Shown: piece by piece, positions 1 to 8,848 of the stretch | Position numbering within the stretch: position 1 is the first letter of the stretch | How the letters are laid out: every line of letters starts with the position of its first letter | Assembly (NCBI GenBank): GCA_050942735.1 | Contig: JBMNNW010000001.1 | Span: 82,535 to 146,534, forward strand | From: Armatimonadota bacterium | GTDB taxonomy: Bacteria > Armatimonadota > Zipacnadia > Zipacnadales > UBA5352 | Reading direction: 5' to 3' | DNA: 64,000 nucleotides | Notes under the pieces: model-generated | Seen by the model: the letters and a program-made list of their open reading frames with translations, nothing else | Told to the model about the DNA's origin: nothing | Database searches by the model: none | Position numbers and translations under genes: made by a program

Positions 1-303
1 CCAGGCCGTCCGTGCCCAATGCGTGCAGATTCATCGCGGCTGAGCGGCGAACGAGCACATCGTCGTGTCGGAGCGCCTGGTCGAGCGCGGCGCGGGCCTC
101 GCCGCCCCGTGCGGGGAGCAGGCGGGCGGCGGTCCGTGCCACGATTACATCGGCGTGGTCGAGCGCCCCGGCAAGCTCGCCGACGGTCGCGTCGCCGCGC
201 AGAAGCCTCATGCGCAGCGCGTCCGCATCCTGCGCCACGACCGCGGCAGTGGTTGTGAGCGCGAGCAGCAGTGCAACGATGATCGTCAGCCGGGTTGACT
301 TCA
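1..303 (-). CDS. Partial CDS (N-terminal part; gene continues beyond window start): signal-peptide protein with HEAT/PBS-like Ala/Leu/Arg-rich repeats
   Basis: Minus-strand translation from ATG at 301-303 gives MKSTRLTIIVALLLALTTTAAVVAQDADALRMRLLRGD...ARTAARLLPARGGEARAALDQALRHDDVLVRRSAAMNLHALG with no stop before window edge; hydrophobic signal-like N-terminus; repeat pattern resembles HEAT-like repeats. Not in ORF track because it has no in-window stop. Confidence 0.4.
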
Positions 304-499
304 TGAGGAGATCGCACCTCCGGAAGAGCCTGGATGTGTGGAGGTATTGCACTCCCGGACACCGATGACCTGCCCGCGGAGGGCCTCCGGGGCCCAATCT
401 TTGCCCGTCCGGAGGTCCCTCGGCTGCGGAAGATGAACTGTCATGAGGCAGCCGCGGACACCCCTGGGGGAGACGGTCGTTTGCAGGGAGGGCCGGGCC

Positions 500-1450
500 A
501 TGGACGCTCGTTTGAGGGCATTTCAGGAGGCGGCGGAGCGGGCGGTTGAGTACCAACTGCAGTTCCAGCAGCCCGACGGCTCATTCATCTGGGACGACGA
601 GATTCGCGACGCCTACCACAAGCAGCCTTACGCATGGGGGATCGCCGGCCGACTGAGCAACGCTCACCGACTGCTTACGTGGATTGCCGACAACACCCTG
701 CAGAAGGACGGAAACCTGCAGGACTACGGAGGCGACGTCTACAAGCTCTCGTGGCTCTTTCAGGGCGCACATCGTCTCGGTCGCTTCGACATCTCGCACC
801 CGGTGATGGGCTGGCTGATGCAGCAGCAGAAGCACTGCGGCGGCCTGCCACACTTCGCGGCCGACGATCGGCTCCGGGCACTGGCGACGGCGTGGGTCGG
901 GGTATCGGCGCTCTACTTCGGCGACGCGGACTTCGCCGAACGCTGTGCGCACTGGTGCGCCGGACTGCTCGACCAGCCCGACGACGACCGCTTCTACTTC
1001 CAGACGACGCTCGAGGGCGACCTGCTCACGACCGAGATGGATGCGACCGCGCAGTTCATCGACCTTGAGAAGACCGGTCAGGCCTACTGGGAGATCGGGC
1101 TTCCGTGGATGCTCATGGGCCGCCTCTACCAGGCCACCGGAGAGGCGATCTGGCTCGAGTACGCGGAGCAGTTCTTCGAGTGGCAGCGCTCCTGCGCGGA
1201 GGACAACTTCGCCTGCGTGGGCAGCGGTAAGAGCAGTCTCGCCGCGTGCATCCACTACCTCAACACTGCAGACGTGCGCGCCCGCAACGGCGCCGTGTCA
1301 TTCGGCGAATTCCTCCTCGCCACCCAGCTTCCCGAGGGCGGCTGGAACGGACCCGACGAACCGGACACGACACTGATCTACGTTGACCACGCCGCTGAGT
1401 ACACCATCTGGCTGCGTGAGATGGTCGGGATCCTCGGTAGTGCGGACTGA
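500..1450 (+). CDS. Prenyltransferase/squalene-cyclase-like alpha-alpha toroid repeat protein
   Basis: ORF 443..1450; likely start at ATG 500 preceded by GGGAGGG RBS. Contains QQPDGSF motif typical of terpene cyclase / prenyltransferase beta-subunit repeats; repeated W/G/Y-rich helical hairpin pattern. Confidence 0.55.
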   Translation: MDARLRAFQEAAERAVEYQLQFQQPDGSFIWDDEIRDAYHKQPYAWGIAGRLSNAHRLLTWIADNTLQKDGNLQDYGGDVYKLSWLFQGAHRLGRFDISHPVMGWLMQQQKHCGGLPHFAADDRLRALATAWVGVSALYFGDADFAERCAHWCAGLLDQPDDDRFYFQTTLEGDLLTTEMDATAQFIDLEKTGQAYWEIGLPWMLMGRLYQATGEAIWLEYAEQFFEWQRSCAEDNFACVGSGKSSLAACIHYLNTADVRARNGAVSFGEFLLATQLPEGGWNGPDEPDTTLIYVDHAAEYTIWLREMVGILGSAD

Positions 1451-1482
1451 CCCGCGGGAAACGGAAACGGCGGGCGGGAGGC

Positions 1483-1607
1483 GGGAAACGGGAAACGGGA
1501 AACGGGAAGCGGGAAACGGGAAACGGGAAACGGGAAACGGGAAACGGGAAACGGGAAACGGGAAACGGGAAACGGGAAACGGGAAACGGGAAACGGGAAA
1601 CGGGAAA
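1483..1607. repeat. Heptanucleotide microsatellite (GGGAAAC)n, about 18 copies with one GGGAAGC variant; G-quadruplex-compatible
   Basis: Direct reading of sequence 1483-1607; degenerate copies begin around 1455. Confidence 0.95.
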
Positions 1608-1608
1608 C

Positions 1609-1698
1609 GGAAACGGAAACGGAAACGGAAACGGAAACGGAAACGGAAACGGAAACGGAAACGGAAACGGAAACGGAAACGGAAACGGAAACGGAAAC
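1609..1698. repeat. Hexanucleotide microsatellite (GGAAAC)15, perfect
   Basis: Direct reading; abuts the heptamer array with no spacer. Confidence 0.95.
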
Positions 1699-1705
1699 GG
1701 AGAGC

Positions 1706-1761
1706 GGCGAACGGCGAACGGCGAACGGCGAACGGCGAACGGCGAACGGCGAACGGCGACG
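1706..1761. repeat. Heptanucleotide microsatellite (GGCGAAC)7 plus one degenerate copy
   Basis: Direct reading; follows the hexamer array after GGAGAGC. Confidence 0.9.
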
Positions 1762-1865
1762 ACCGCGAGGGCGGGCCCTCCGTCCGAGAACCACACGTCA
1801 GGTCCTGTTCTCGCTGCCGTTGCCGTCCGTCTGTGACGTGCGACCGGTTCCCCGAGTGAGTGACC

Positions 1866-2906
1866 ATGACTGACGCGATCAAGCTGGGTCTGATCGGATG
1901 CGGAGGGCAGGGCGGGTACCTCTCGGAGGCGGCTGCCGTGAGCGGCCGCGCCGAGCTGGTCGCCTGCGCGGACATCGATGCAGGGCGCGCCGAGCAGTTC
2001 GCGACCGAGTTCGGCTACTCCGACTTCTTCGGCAATGCGGCCGAGATGCTCGACGAGACGGACGTGGAGGCCGTGATCATCGCGACTTCGCATGACCAGC
2101 TTCAACCCGCCGCCCTCGACGCTGTGCGCGCGGGGCGTCACGCGCTCGTGGAGAAGCCGATGGCGCTGAGCGCGCAGGCCGGGCACGAACTGGTCGAGGC
2201 CGCCCGCGAGGCCGACGTCCGGCTGATGTGCGGGTACACCCTGCGCTTCCTGCCGGAGCGGCTGGAGATGCGACGGCTGCTTGAGGAGGGCGCGGTCGGC
2301 GAGGTGACGCACGTCACGGCGGGCCAGCTTATCGGCGCGATGGGCGGCTGGCTGGCCGATCGCAACCGGGGCGGTGGCCCACTCTACTACGTCGGCTCCC
2401 ACGCGCTGGATTTCCTGCTCTGGATGGCCGGCGCGCCGGTCGAGTCGGTCTACGCCGACGTGAACCGGGCCGATGACGGGAGCGTCGAGACAGACGCCTC
2501 GGTCGCCATCCGCTTCGCGAACGGCATCCTCGGCCAGCTTCTGACCTCCCGGCGCATGGGCGGTCGCTACGGCTGGTGTGATGTGATCGGGAGCGCCGGG
2601 CGGCTGCGCGCCGAGTGGGAGAGCGACGAGGTATTCGTGCAGAGCGAGGCATTGCCGCAGTTCGCGAACCCGACGCATATCCGGGTGCCGCAGGACGCGC
2701 ACCACCCGCGGCACCCGCGCGAGGCCTCGGCGCGGCTGAGCGGCTTCAAATATGTGCGCTCGTGGGCGGCGGAGTTCGCTGAGTTCGCGGACGCGATCCA
2801 GGAGGGCCGCGAGCCCTCGGTCTCAGGCGGGGACGCCGTGCGCGTGCTGGAGGTCATGGACGCGATCTTCGAGTCCGGTCGGACCGGGGCTCGGGTACAG
2901 TTGTGA
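1866..2906 (+). CDS. Gfo/Idh/MocA family NAD(P)-dependent oxidoreductase
   Basis: N-terminal LGLIGCGGQG Rossmann motif, EKP motif (ALVEKPMA), C-terminal alpha/beta domain typical of the family. ORF 1860 begins with GTG; ATG at 1866. Confidence 0.9.
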   Translation: MTDAIKLGLIGCGGQGGYLSEAAAVSGRAELVACADIDAGRAEQFATEFGYSDFFGNAAEMLDETDVEAVIIATSHDQLQPAALDAVRAGRHALVEKPMALSAQAGHELVEAAREADVRLMCGYTLRFLPERLEMRRLLEEGAVGEVTHVTAGQLIGAMGGWLADRNRGGGPLYYVGSHALDFLLWMAGAPVESVYADVNRADDGSVETDASVAIRFANGILGQLLTSRRMGGRYGWCDVIGSAGRLRAEWESDEVFVQSEALPQFANPTHIRVPQDAHHPRHPREASARLSGFKYVRSWAAEFAEFADAIQEGREPSVSGGDAVRVLEVMDAIFESGRTGARVQL

Positions 2907-2928
2907 CGGAGCGAGCAGGACTCCCCCG

Positions 2929-3906
2929 ATGAAGGAAGCGAACGTGGACCTGGCGAGCGAGCCGTTCGAGCGCGTCCCGTGCCCTCTGTGCGGGGAGGAT
3001 GGCGCCTCCGCGCTGTTCACGGCCCCCGCCCCGGACGACCCCGCCGATGTCTTCACAGTCGAGGCGTGCAACGCGTGCGGCATGGCGTACGTGAACCCCC
3101 GTCCGACGCCTGAGGCGCTGGCGCGCCGCTACGCTGATGACTACTACGCGTATGAGTTCTACGGCGCGCGCCGTCTGCGCCACCGGATCAAGGCGCGAAT
3201 CCTTCGCGCGCTGAAGCTGCTGCCCCCTCCCGGGCCGGATGAGCCGGTTCCGGCCACGGCGAGGCTGACCGGGGCGGCGGTGCGTGCGCTGCGTGGCGCG
3301 CGGGCTGTCTCCTCGTTGCCGGCCCCACGGGCGGGCGCGCGCTACCTCGACGTGGGCTGCGGCGCGGGGAACGGGATGGCCCACGCACGGGAGGCGGGTT
3401 GGGAGACCTTCGGGGTGGACTTCTCGGAGCGGGCGATCGCGGTGGCGCACGAGCATGATTTCCCCGGCATGGTCGCGGACGCCCTGCAGCTTCCGGTGGC
3501 CGGGGAGAGCTTCGACTTCGTTGAGATGACGCACATGCTCGAGCACACGACCGACCCGGTGGGCGTGCTCCGGGAGGCCGCGCGGGTCCTCCGCCCGGGC
3601 GGCACGGTCCATCTCGTGGTGCCGAGTCTCAGCGCATGGAGCGCAGGCCGCTTCGGGCCGGACTGGATGGCGCTCGACCTCCCGCGCCATCTGCTGCATT
3701 TCACCCCGGGAACCATGCGCATCGCGGCGGAGCGCGCCGGCCTGCGCGTCGCGGCGATCCGCGCGCTCCCCAACCGCTGGGTGTTTGAGGCGAGCATGGA
3801 GCGGCTGGAACTGAGCGCGGCCGCTGAGCGCCTCACGCGCCTGCAGTGGCGGCTGCACTGCGCTCTCGGGCGTGGTGAGGACCTCAACGTCTGGCTGACC
3901 ACCTGA
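2929..3906 (+). CDS. Class I SAM-dependent methyltransferase with N-terminal Cys4 zinc-ribbon-like segment
   Basis: CPLCG...CNACG pair followed by LDVGCGAGNG (motif I) and Methyltransf_11-like core (FDFVEMTHMLEH...LRPGG). Start chosen at ATG 2929 just after upstream stop 2906; the longer ORF from 2752 overlaps the previous gene. Confidence 0.8.
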   Translation: MKEANVDLASEPFERVPCPLCGEDGASALFTAPAPDDPADVFTVEACNACGMAYVNPRPTPEALARRYADDYYAYEFYGARRLRHRIKARILRALKLLPPPGPDEPVPATARLTGAAVRALRGARAVSSLPAPRAGARYLDVGCGAGNGMAHAREAGWETFGVDFSERAIAVAHEHDFPGMVADALQLPVAGESFDFVEMTHMLEHTTDPVGVLREAARVLRPGGTVHLVVPSLSAWSAGRFGPDWMALDLPRHLLHFTPGTMRIAAERAGLRVAAIRALPNRWVFEASMERLELSAAAERLTRLQWRLHCALGRGEDLNVWLTT

Positions 3907-4002
3907 GTGACCATCGAGCCGAACGCCGGAGGCATTGCCGACGCCGGAGGCGAACATATGCCCCGACGGCCGGACCAGGCAATGCCGAACGAGGAGTGCG
4001 CA

Positions 4003-7000
4003 ATGATGCCCCGTCATATCCATCCGCTTTCACTCGCGATCCTGCTTGCCGTGACCGTGGCGACCGTATCCGCGATCGAGATCGACGGTGACATGGGCGA
4101 CTGGACAAACGGGGTCGCCTTCGAGATCCCCACGGACGCTCTCGCACAGATTCAGACGCCATTCGCCGCCGTGGAGAACCTCTGGATCGCACATGACGAC
4201 ACGTTCCTTTACTTCCGCGTCCGCTTCGAACGCCCCCGGCCGTTTACGGACGAGAGTCAGTCCGAGTTCGTCGAAGGCTACTGGACGAACCGCCGGTACA
4301 TCGTCCTCGACGTCAACGGCGACGGGCGGCCGGACTACTGGACGACGCAGGTCGCGGTCGGGGACGGGGGCCTCAACCACACGTATGTGGTCGATCTTTC
4401 GGGCGAGCGTCCGCAGACGTACCTGTGGCATGAGGGGCACAGGGCGTGGGACCCCGACACCGGGCCGATGGGTCACTACTCCCCCGACGGGCGCGAGATC
4501 GAGATCCGCGTGCCCCGCGAGCCGCTCAACATCCAGGGCAGCACGATCGGCGTGCAGGTGAAGATGAGCCTTCGCGACGCCATCGAGGGGCCGAACGTGT
4601 GGACCAACGACGTGTACCCCTCCCCGGATACGTTCTTCCTCTACGACATCGCGTCGGCGTCCGCGGTGCGGGCGGCGGAGACGGCAGGGCCTCCCTCGCT
4701 GGAGATGACGCGCACCGACGTCGCGCCGGAAATAGACGGCGCGCTCGATGACGCGGCGTGGGAGGGCGCCCCGATCCTCGACGGCTTCCTGCTCAATCGC
4801 GGCAACGCGCCGGCGGAGGCGCAGACGACAGCGCAGATCACGTGGGACGACCGCGCGCTGTATCTTGCCGTGCGGGCTGATGAGCCGCACATGGACCTGC
4901 TCACCACCGAGGCCGTTGAGGCGGAGGCGAAGCGCGTCTGGCGGGACGACCTGATAGAGCTTTTCGTGGACTTCCACAACGACGAGCGCACCTTCACCCA
5001 CCTCGGGATCACGGCCATCGGCGCGACCGTCGGAGAGTTCACCGTGGTCCGTGGCGCGGCGAGGACCGCCATCGACATTGAGCCCGACATTGATGTCGCG
5101 TGGAGCCACGGTGAGGACCACTGGGTCGTCGAGGCTGCGATCGGCTGGAGCACCTTCGGCGTGCGGCCGCGGGCGGGCGAGGTCTGGGGGCTGAACGTCA
5201 ACCGTGGCCGACCGCACGCGGGTGAGTACTCCTCGTGGGCCGGTGTGCAGGGTTCTTTCCTGCAGCCGACGGCCTTCGGCGAGATGGTCTTCCCCCATGA
5301 GGAGGGCCTGCGGGTGGTCAGCCGGGGGATGGCGGCGCGCGCGGGGAACGCCGATCAGACGAACACGTTTGTGGCTGAGATGGCCGGGGCGCCGCTGAGC
5401 GCATCGGTCTCGGTGCGCCGTGCCGACGATGAGACGTTCGCCGACAGCGTGGGCGCGGCGGCCGATGAGACACTCCGGCTGCCCTACGTGGTGACAGGCG
5501 AGCGCGGTGAGACGGTCGCATTCATCGTCAGCAGTGAGGGCGTGACGCTCTACGAGGCGTCGATTCCCGTGGTGCAGACCGACTTCCCGAAGGTCTGGGT
5601 GACGGAGGAGCCGGTCTTCGAGGAACTGCTTGGCGACGCCGGGCCGGGGATGGCGGCTGAGGGTGTGCTCTACTGGTCGCATGACATCGCCGGGTATCAG
5701 ATCGCGCCTGTGGTGCTCAAGCATGCGCAGCCGTGGACACTCCGAGGCGCGTATGAGCAGGCCGCCGAGCATAATCTGCACTACCTCGATTCGGGGACGC
5801 TGCTGGGCCGCGATCCGTTCGAAACGCGCCGCTTCGCCGAGGAGCTGGGCGTGAAGATCATCGCGATGGGCAGCCAGCGCGCGGGGACCGAGGACACTCC
5901 ACGGGGAGACAACAACTACGCGTACGTCATCGACTACGAGAACCAGGAGGTGTACCTGCAGCGCCTCGGTGACTACGTCCGAGAGTGGCGCGATCGTGTC
6001 TGGGGGACCTCAACCGCCGACGAGTTCCAGGACCATCAGATCACGCTGGGCCTCAAGTTGCACTACGACGGCGAAGAGCCCTACCCGTTCATGGAGCAGG
6101 TGGACCGCGAGGTCCGCGAGGAGTTCGGCTACGGGCAGTTCGGCATTCCCGAGTCGCTCGATGACCGCGACCCCTTCCGCTGGATCGCCTACCGGCGCTG
6201 GTACAATGACCGGTTCATGGACTTCCAGCGGCGCATCTACGAGATGGTCAAGGAGATCGACGAAGATCTCGTGGTGGTCGGCCCCGACCCGATCTCGCAG
6301 ATCCAGCCTTTCGACTACTCCGGCTACGCCCGCTGGTGCGACGTGGTGACCCATCAGACCTACCCGCGCGGCTCGCGCGAGCAGGATGTCGCGTGGATCA
6401 CCAAGACCGTGCGCGATCTTTCGGGCGTTCCAACCATGCCCTGCACCCACGTTGAGAACTACGCCAACAGCTTCCGCCCTGACGAAGTGGTCGAGCTGAT
6501 GAGTCAGGTCTACCGCGGCGGTGGGGAGGGCTTCCACCTCTACCTCCCCGACACATCAGGCCGCCGGACGCCGCACAACATGGAGCTTGACCGCTTCGGC
6601 TCGTGGCCGCGGCATGAGGCGATCATGGGCGTCCTCGAGACCTCGCGCACGATGGACCGGCCCGTCTACCCTGACAGCGACGCGGCGATCCTCTTCTCCA
6701 ACGACGCATACATGGCCGAGTTCCTCGGCGGGAGGCAGGGCGCGGATCCCTACCGCTGGATGTTCCAGCTAATCGGCCCCTACGCCGGCGGCTGGTTCAC
6801 CGTCGTCAGCGACAATCAGATCGGCCGCGATGAGATCGATCTTTCACAGTACTCCGCGATCTACCTTCCTGAGGCCGAGTATCAGCGCCGCGAGGTGGCC
6901 GAGGCGCTCATCGCGTGGGTGGAGGAGGGCGGCACGCTGATCGTGACCGACCCGGAGGCGTTCACGTGGCACCTCGATGGGAGCGAGATGAGAGACCTGC

Positions 7001-7902
7001 GGGACCGGCTCTTCCCGGCCACGGGCGAGGCCACCGACGCTGAGACGGTCACGGTCGCCGAGGGCTCTCCGCTGGCGGTCGAGGGGCAGTTCCCCGTCTT
7101 CGGCGTGGCCGTGGCGTTGCAGCCTGCCGCCGGTGACCGCCCGCTGCTCACATACCCGGACGGCTCCGTTGCCGCCGCCGCCCGGAGCGTCGGGGAAGGC
7201 GAAGTGTGGTACTTCGGCTTCGAGTCGATGATCCAGCAGGCGCTCGGTTCGCCGTGGGTGGACTGGTGGAGGGCGGTGCATGAGTCGCTTGGCGAGGAGA
7301 CCGATCTGCCGATCTGGCGTTTCACGCTGCCGCCGGTCGAGAGCGCTGTGATCGAGCCGCCGGTTGGGCGCTGCCTCACCGGCAACTACCACGTCTGGGA
7401 CACCAACGAGGCCATCCCGATGGCGAACCTGCAGGTGGACGGCCGGTACTCGTACTCAGTCCCGCCCGACTGGGGCCGGGACGAGGGCGGCGAGCGGGAT
7501 GTCCCCTTTGCCGAGGGCGATCTGACGGACCGGCGCTCGGCGCTGACGCACAACGATGAGGACTACGACGCGCACCTGAGGAAGTTCGCGGTCGGCTGGC
7601 AGACGACCGAGCCGATCGCGATCGAGTTCGACCTCGCGGAGGCATTCCCGCTGGACCGCGTGTGGCTGCTGACCGGCCAGTCGCACCCTGCGATGACCGT
7701 CACAGGGCTGGTTGATGGCGCGTGGGTGTCACTTGGTTCGGTCGAGGGGTTCCCGGTCGATCACAGCAGGGACTTCCCGGAGCGCATCATCCCGATCGCT
7801 CCGGATGCTCCCGCGGTGCGGCGGCTTCGGCTGGAGATCGCCGCCCGCGAGGAGGGACAGCGCCTGATTATCCCGGAGGTCGAGATCTGGGCGCGGGAAT
7901 GA
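4003..7902 (+). CDS. Large secreted multidomain protein (about 1300 aa): signal peptide, CBM9/DOMON-like domain, central hydrolase-like region with GH42-type trimerisation/GATase-like segment, C-terminal F5/8 type C (discoidin) domain
   Basis: Start at ATG 4003 with GAGGAG RBS; MMPRHIHPLSLAILLAVTVATVSA signal; VAPEIDGALDDAAWEGAP hallmark of CBM9-like modules; GGTLIVTDPEAF... resembles beta-galactosidase trimerisation domain; C-terminal ...RLRLEIAAREEGQRLIIPEVEIWA discoidin-like. Confidence 0.8.
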   Translation: MMPRHIHPLSLAILLAVTVATVSAIEIDGDMGDWTNGVAFEIPTDALAQIQTPFAAVENLWIAHDDTFLYFRVRFERPRPFTDESQSEFVEGYWTNRRYIVLDVNGDGRPDYWTTQVAVGDGGLNHTYVVDLSGERPQTYLWHEGHRAWDPDTGPMGHYSPDGREIEIRVPREPLNIQGSTIGVQVKMSLRDAIEGPNVWTNDVYPSPDTFFLYDIASASAVRAAETAGPPSLEMTRTDVAPEIDGALDDAAWEGAPILDGFLLNRGNAPAEAQTTAQITWDDRALYLAVRADEPHMDLLTTEAVEAEAKRVWRDDLIELFVDFHNDERTFTHLGITAIGATVGEFTVVRGAARTAIDIEPDIDVAWSHGEDHWVVEAAIGWSTFGVRPRAGEVWGLNVNRGRPHAGEYSSWAGVQGSFLQPTAFGEMVFPHEEGLRVVSRGMAARAGNADQTNTFVAEMAGAPLSASVSVRRADDETFADSVGAAADETLRLPYVVTGERGETVAFIVSSEGVTLYEASIPVVQTDFPKVWVTEEPVFEELLGDAGPGMAAEGVLYWSHDIAGYQIAPVVLKHAQPWTLRGAYEQAAEHNLHYLDSGTLLGRDPFETRRFAEELGVKIIAMGSQRAGTEDTPRGDNNYAYVIDYENQEVYLQRLGDYVREWRDRVWGTSTADEFQDHQITLGLKLHYDGEEPYPFMEQVDREVREEFGYGQFGIPESLDDRDPFRWIAYRRWYNDRFMDFQRRIYEMVKEIDEDLVVVGPDPISQIQPFDYSGYARWCDVVTHQTYPRGSREQDVAWITKTVRDLSGVPTMPCTHVENYANSFRPDEVVELMSQVYRGGGEGFHLYLPDTSGRRTPHNMELDRFGSWPRHEAIMGVLETSRTMDRPVYPDSDAAILFSNDAYMAEFLGGRQGADPYRWMFQLIGPYAGGWFTVVSDNQIGRDEIDLSQYSAIYLPEAEYQRREVAEALIAWVEEGGTLIVTDPEAFTWHLDGSEMRDLRDRLFPATGEATDAETVTVAEGSPLAVEGQFPVFGVAVALQPAAGDRPLLTYPDGSVAAAARSVGEGEVWYFGFESMIQQALGSPWVDWWRAVHESLGEETDLPIWRFTLPPVESAVIEPPVGRCLTGNYHVWDTNEAIPMANLQVDGRYSYSVPPDWGRDEGGERDVPFAEGDLTDRRSALTHNDEDYDAHLRKFAVGWQTTEPIAIEFDLAEAFPLDRVWLLTGQSHPAMTVTGLVDGAWVSLGSVEGFPVDHSRDFPERIIPIAPDAPAVRRLRLEIAAREEGQRLIIPEVEIWARE

Positions 7903-7999
7903 GAGCGGATGCGCCGACAGGTCCGGAACAAGTGCCTCAGTGAGGTGTTTGTGAGGGCACAGGAGCGCATCACATGGTTCATCGGCGGGAGGCAGGTCA

Positions 8000-8833
8000 A
8001 TGAAGTCTCTCGTGAGGTACCTGACCGCAACCCTCGTGGGGGTTGTCCTCGCAGCGACCGGCACCGCGCCTGCAAGTGAGCCGGCCGCCCTCGGTGTTGG
8101 CTTCATGTGGTACACTCGGTCGGAGGATGTGGCTACGCGGCTTACCTCCGATGGCGACTTCGTTGATGTGATCCTCGGAGGGGAGAAGCTGCGCGTATTC
8201 GAGCGGGTAGAGCCTCCCGTGCGCGTGGTCTGTGTCTCGCTTGCACTGCATCGCCACGATGCTCGGCCGTTTCCCGGTGTCAGTGAGACCATCGAGATAC
8301 TCCGCGCCGCCCGGGTGCCGCCGGAGCGAGTCATCATCGGGTACAACCCCGAGCGCGCGCCCGGCACCACGCCCGAAGAGATGGACAATCTGCTGGAGAG
8401 CGTGATTGCCGCGAAAGTCATGGCGGAGGAGTTCGGCAGTCCGCTGCTGGTGGGGCCCGGTCTTCGGGAGATGGACCAACGTGAGGAGCTTTATCCCGAA
8501 CTCGCAAAGCACTGCGACATCTGGCTGGTTCAGTCGCAGAGGCTCCAGATGCACATTACACGGGAGTTGAAAACGCCGCAGGAGTATCGCGAGGGCGTCC
8601 AGCATATCGTGGAGCGGCTGCGCGAGGGGAACCCCGAGATCGAGGTCTTCGTACAAATCGTCGCCAGCGGCAGGCCGAACGCCGATTTGTTCAGCGCGGA
8701 GCAACTGGCAACGCGAATCCGGGCCATCGAGGATCTAATCGACGCCGTGCGGATTTACGGGGGATCGCCGGAGTTGCTCCATGAGATCATTGACCTGCTT
8801 CGCCCCCAAACAGCCGCCGATGAGGGGGACTAA
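8000..8833 (+). CDS. Secreted hypothetical protein, alternating beta/alpha (TIM-barrel-like) pattern, possible glycoside-hydrolase-like fold
   Basis: Signal peptide MKSLVRYLTATLVGVVLAATGTAPA; protein-like composition in contrast to Arg/Pro-rich antisense ORFs 7729..8421 and 7997..8704; only 16 bp before next gene. Confidence 0.6.
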   Translation: MKSLVRYLTATLVGVVLAATGTAPASEPAALGVGFMWYTRSEDVATRLTSDGDFVDVILGGEKLRVFERVEPPVRVVCVSLALHRHDARPFPGVSETIEILRAARVPPERVIIGYNPERAPGTTPEEMDNLLESVIAAKVMAEEFGSPLLVGPGLREMDQREELYPELAKHCDIWLVQSQRLQMHITRELKTPQEYREGVQHIVERLREGNPEIEVFVQIVASGRPNADLFSAEQLATRIRAIEDLIDAVRIYGGSPELLHEIIDLLRPQTAADEGD

Positions 8834-8848
8834 CTGGAGGCATCTGTC

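Noticed and set aside
1260-2714. Long minus-strand ORF (484 aa) and + ORF 1383..1859 spanning the microsatellite block, translating to FPFPFP / KRKRKR / ETGNGKR repeats
   Set aside because: Repeat-derived open frames in non-coding simple-sequence DNA; they overlap the well-supported Gfo/Idh/MocA gene; unit lengths 6/7 nt change frame between arrays.
4030-5781. 583-aa minus-strand ORF inside the giant + strand gene (and similar antisense ORFs 6010..6537, 6844..7392)
   Set aside because: Arg/Pro/Gly/His-rich composition typical of antisense frames in high-GC DNA; the + strand frame has clear domain signatures.
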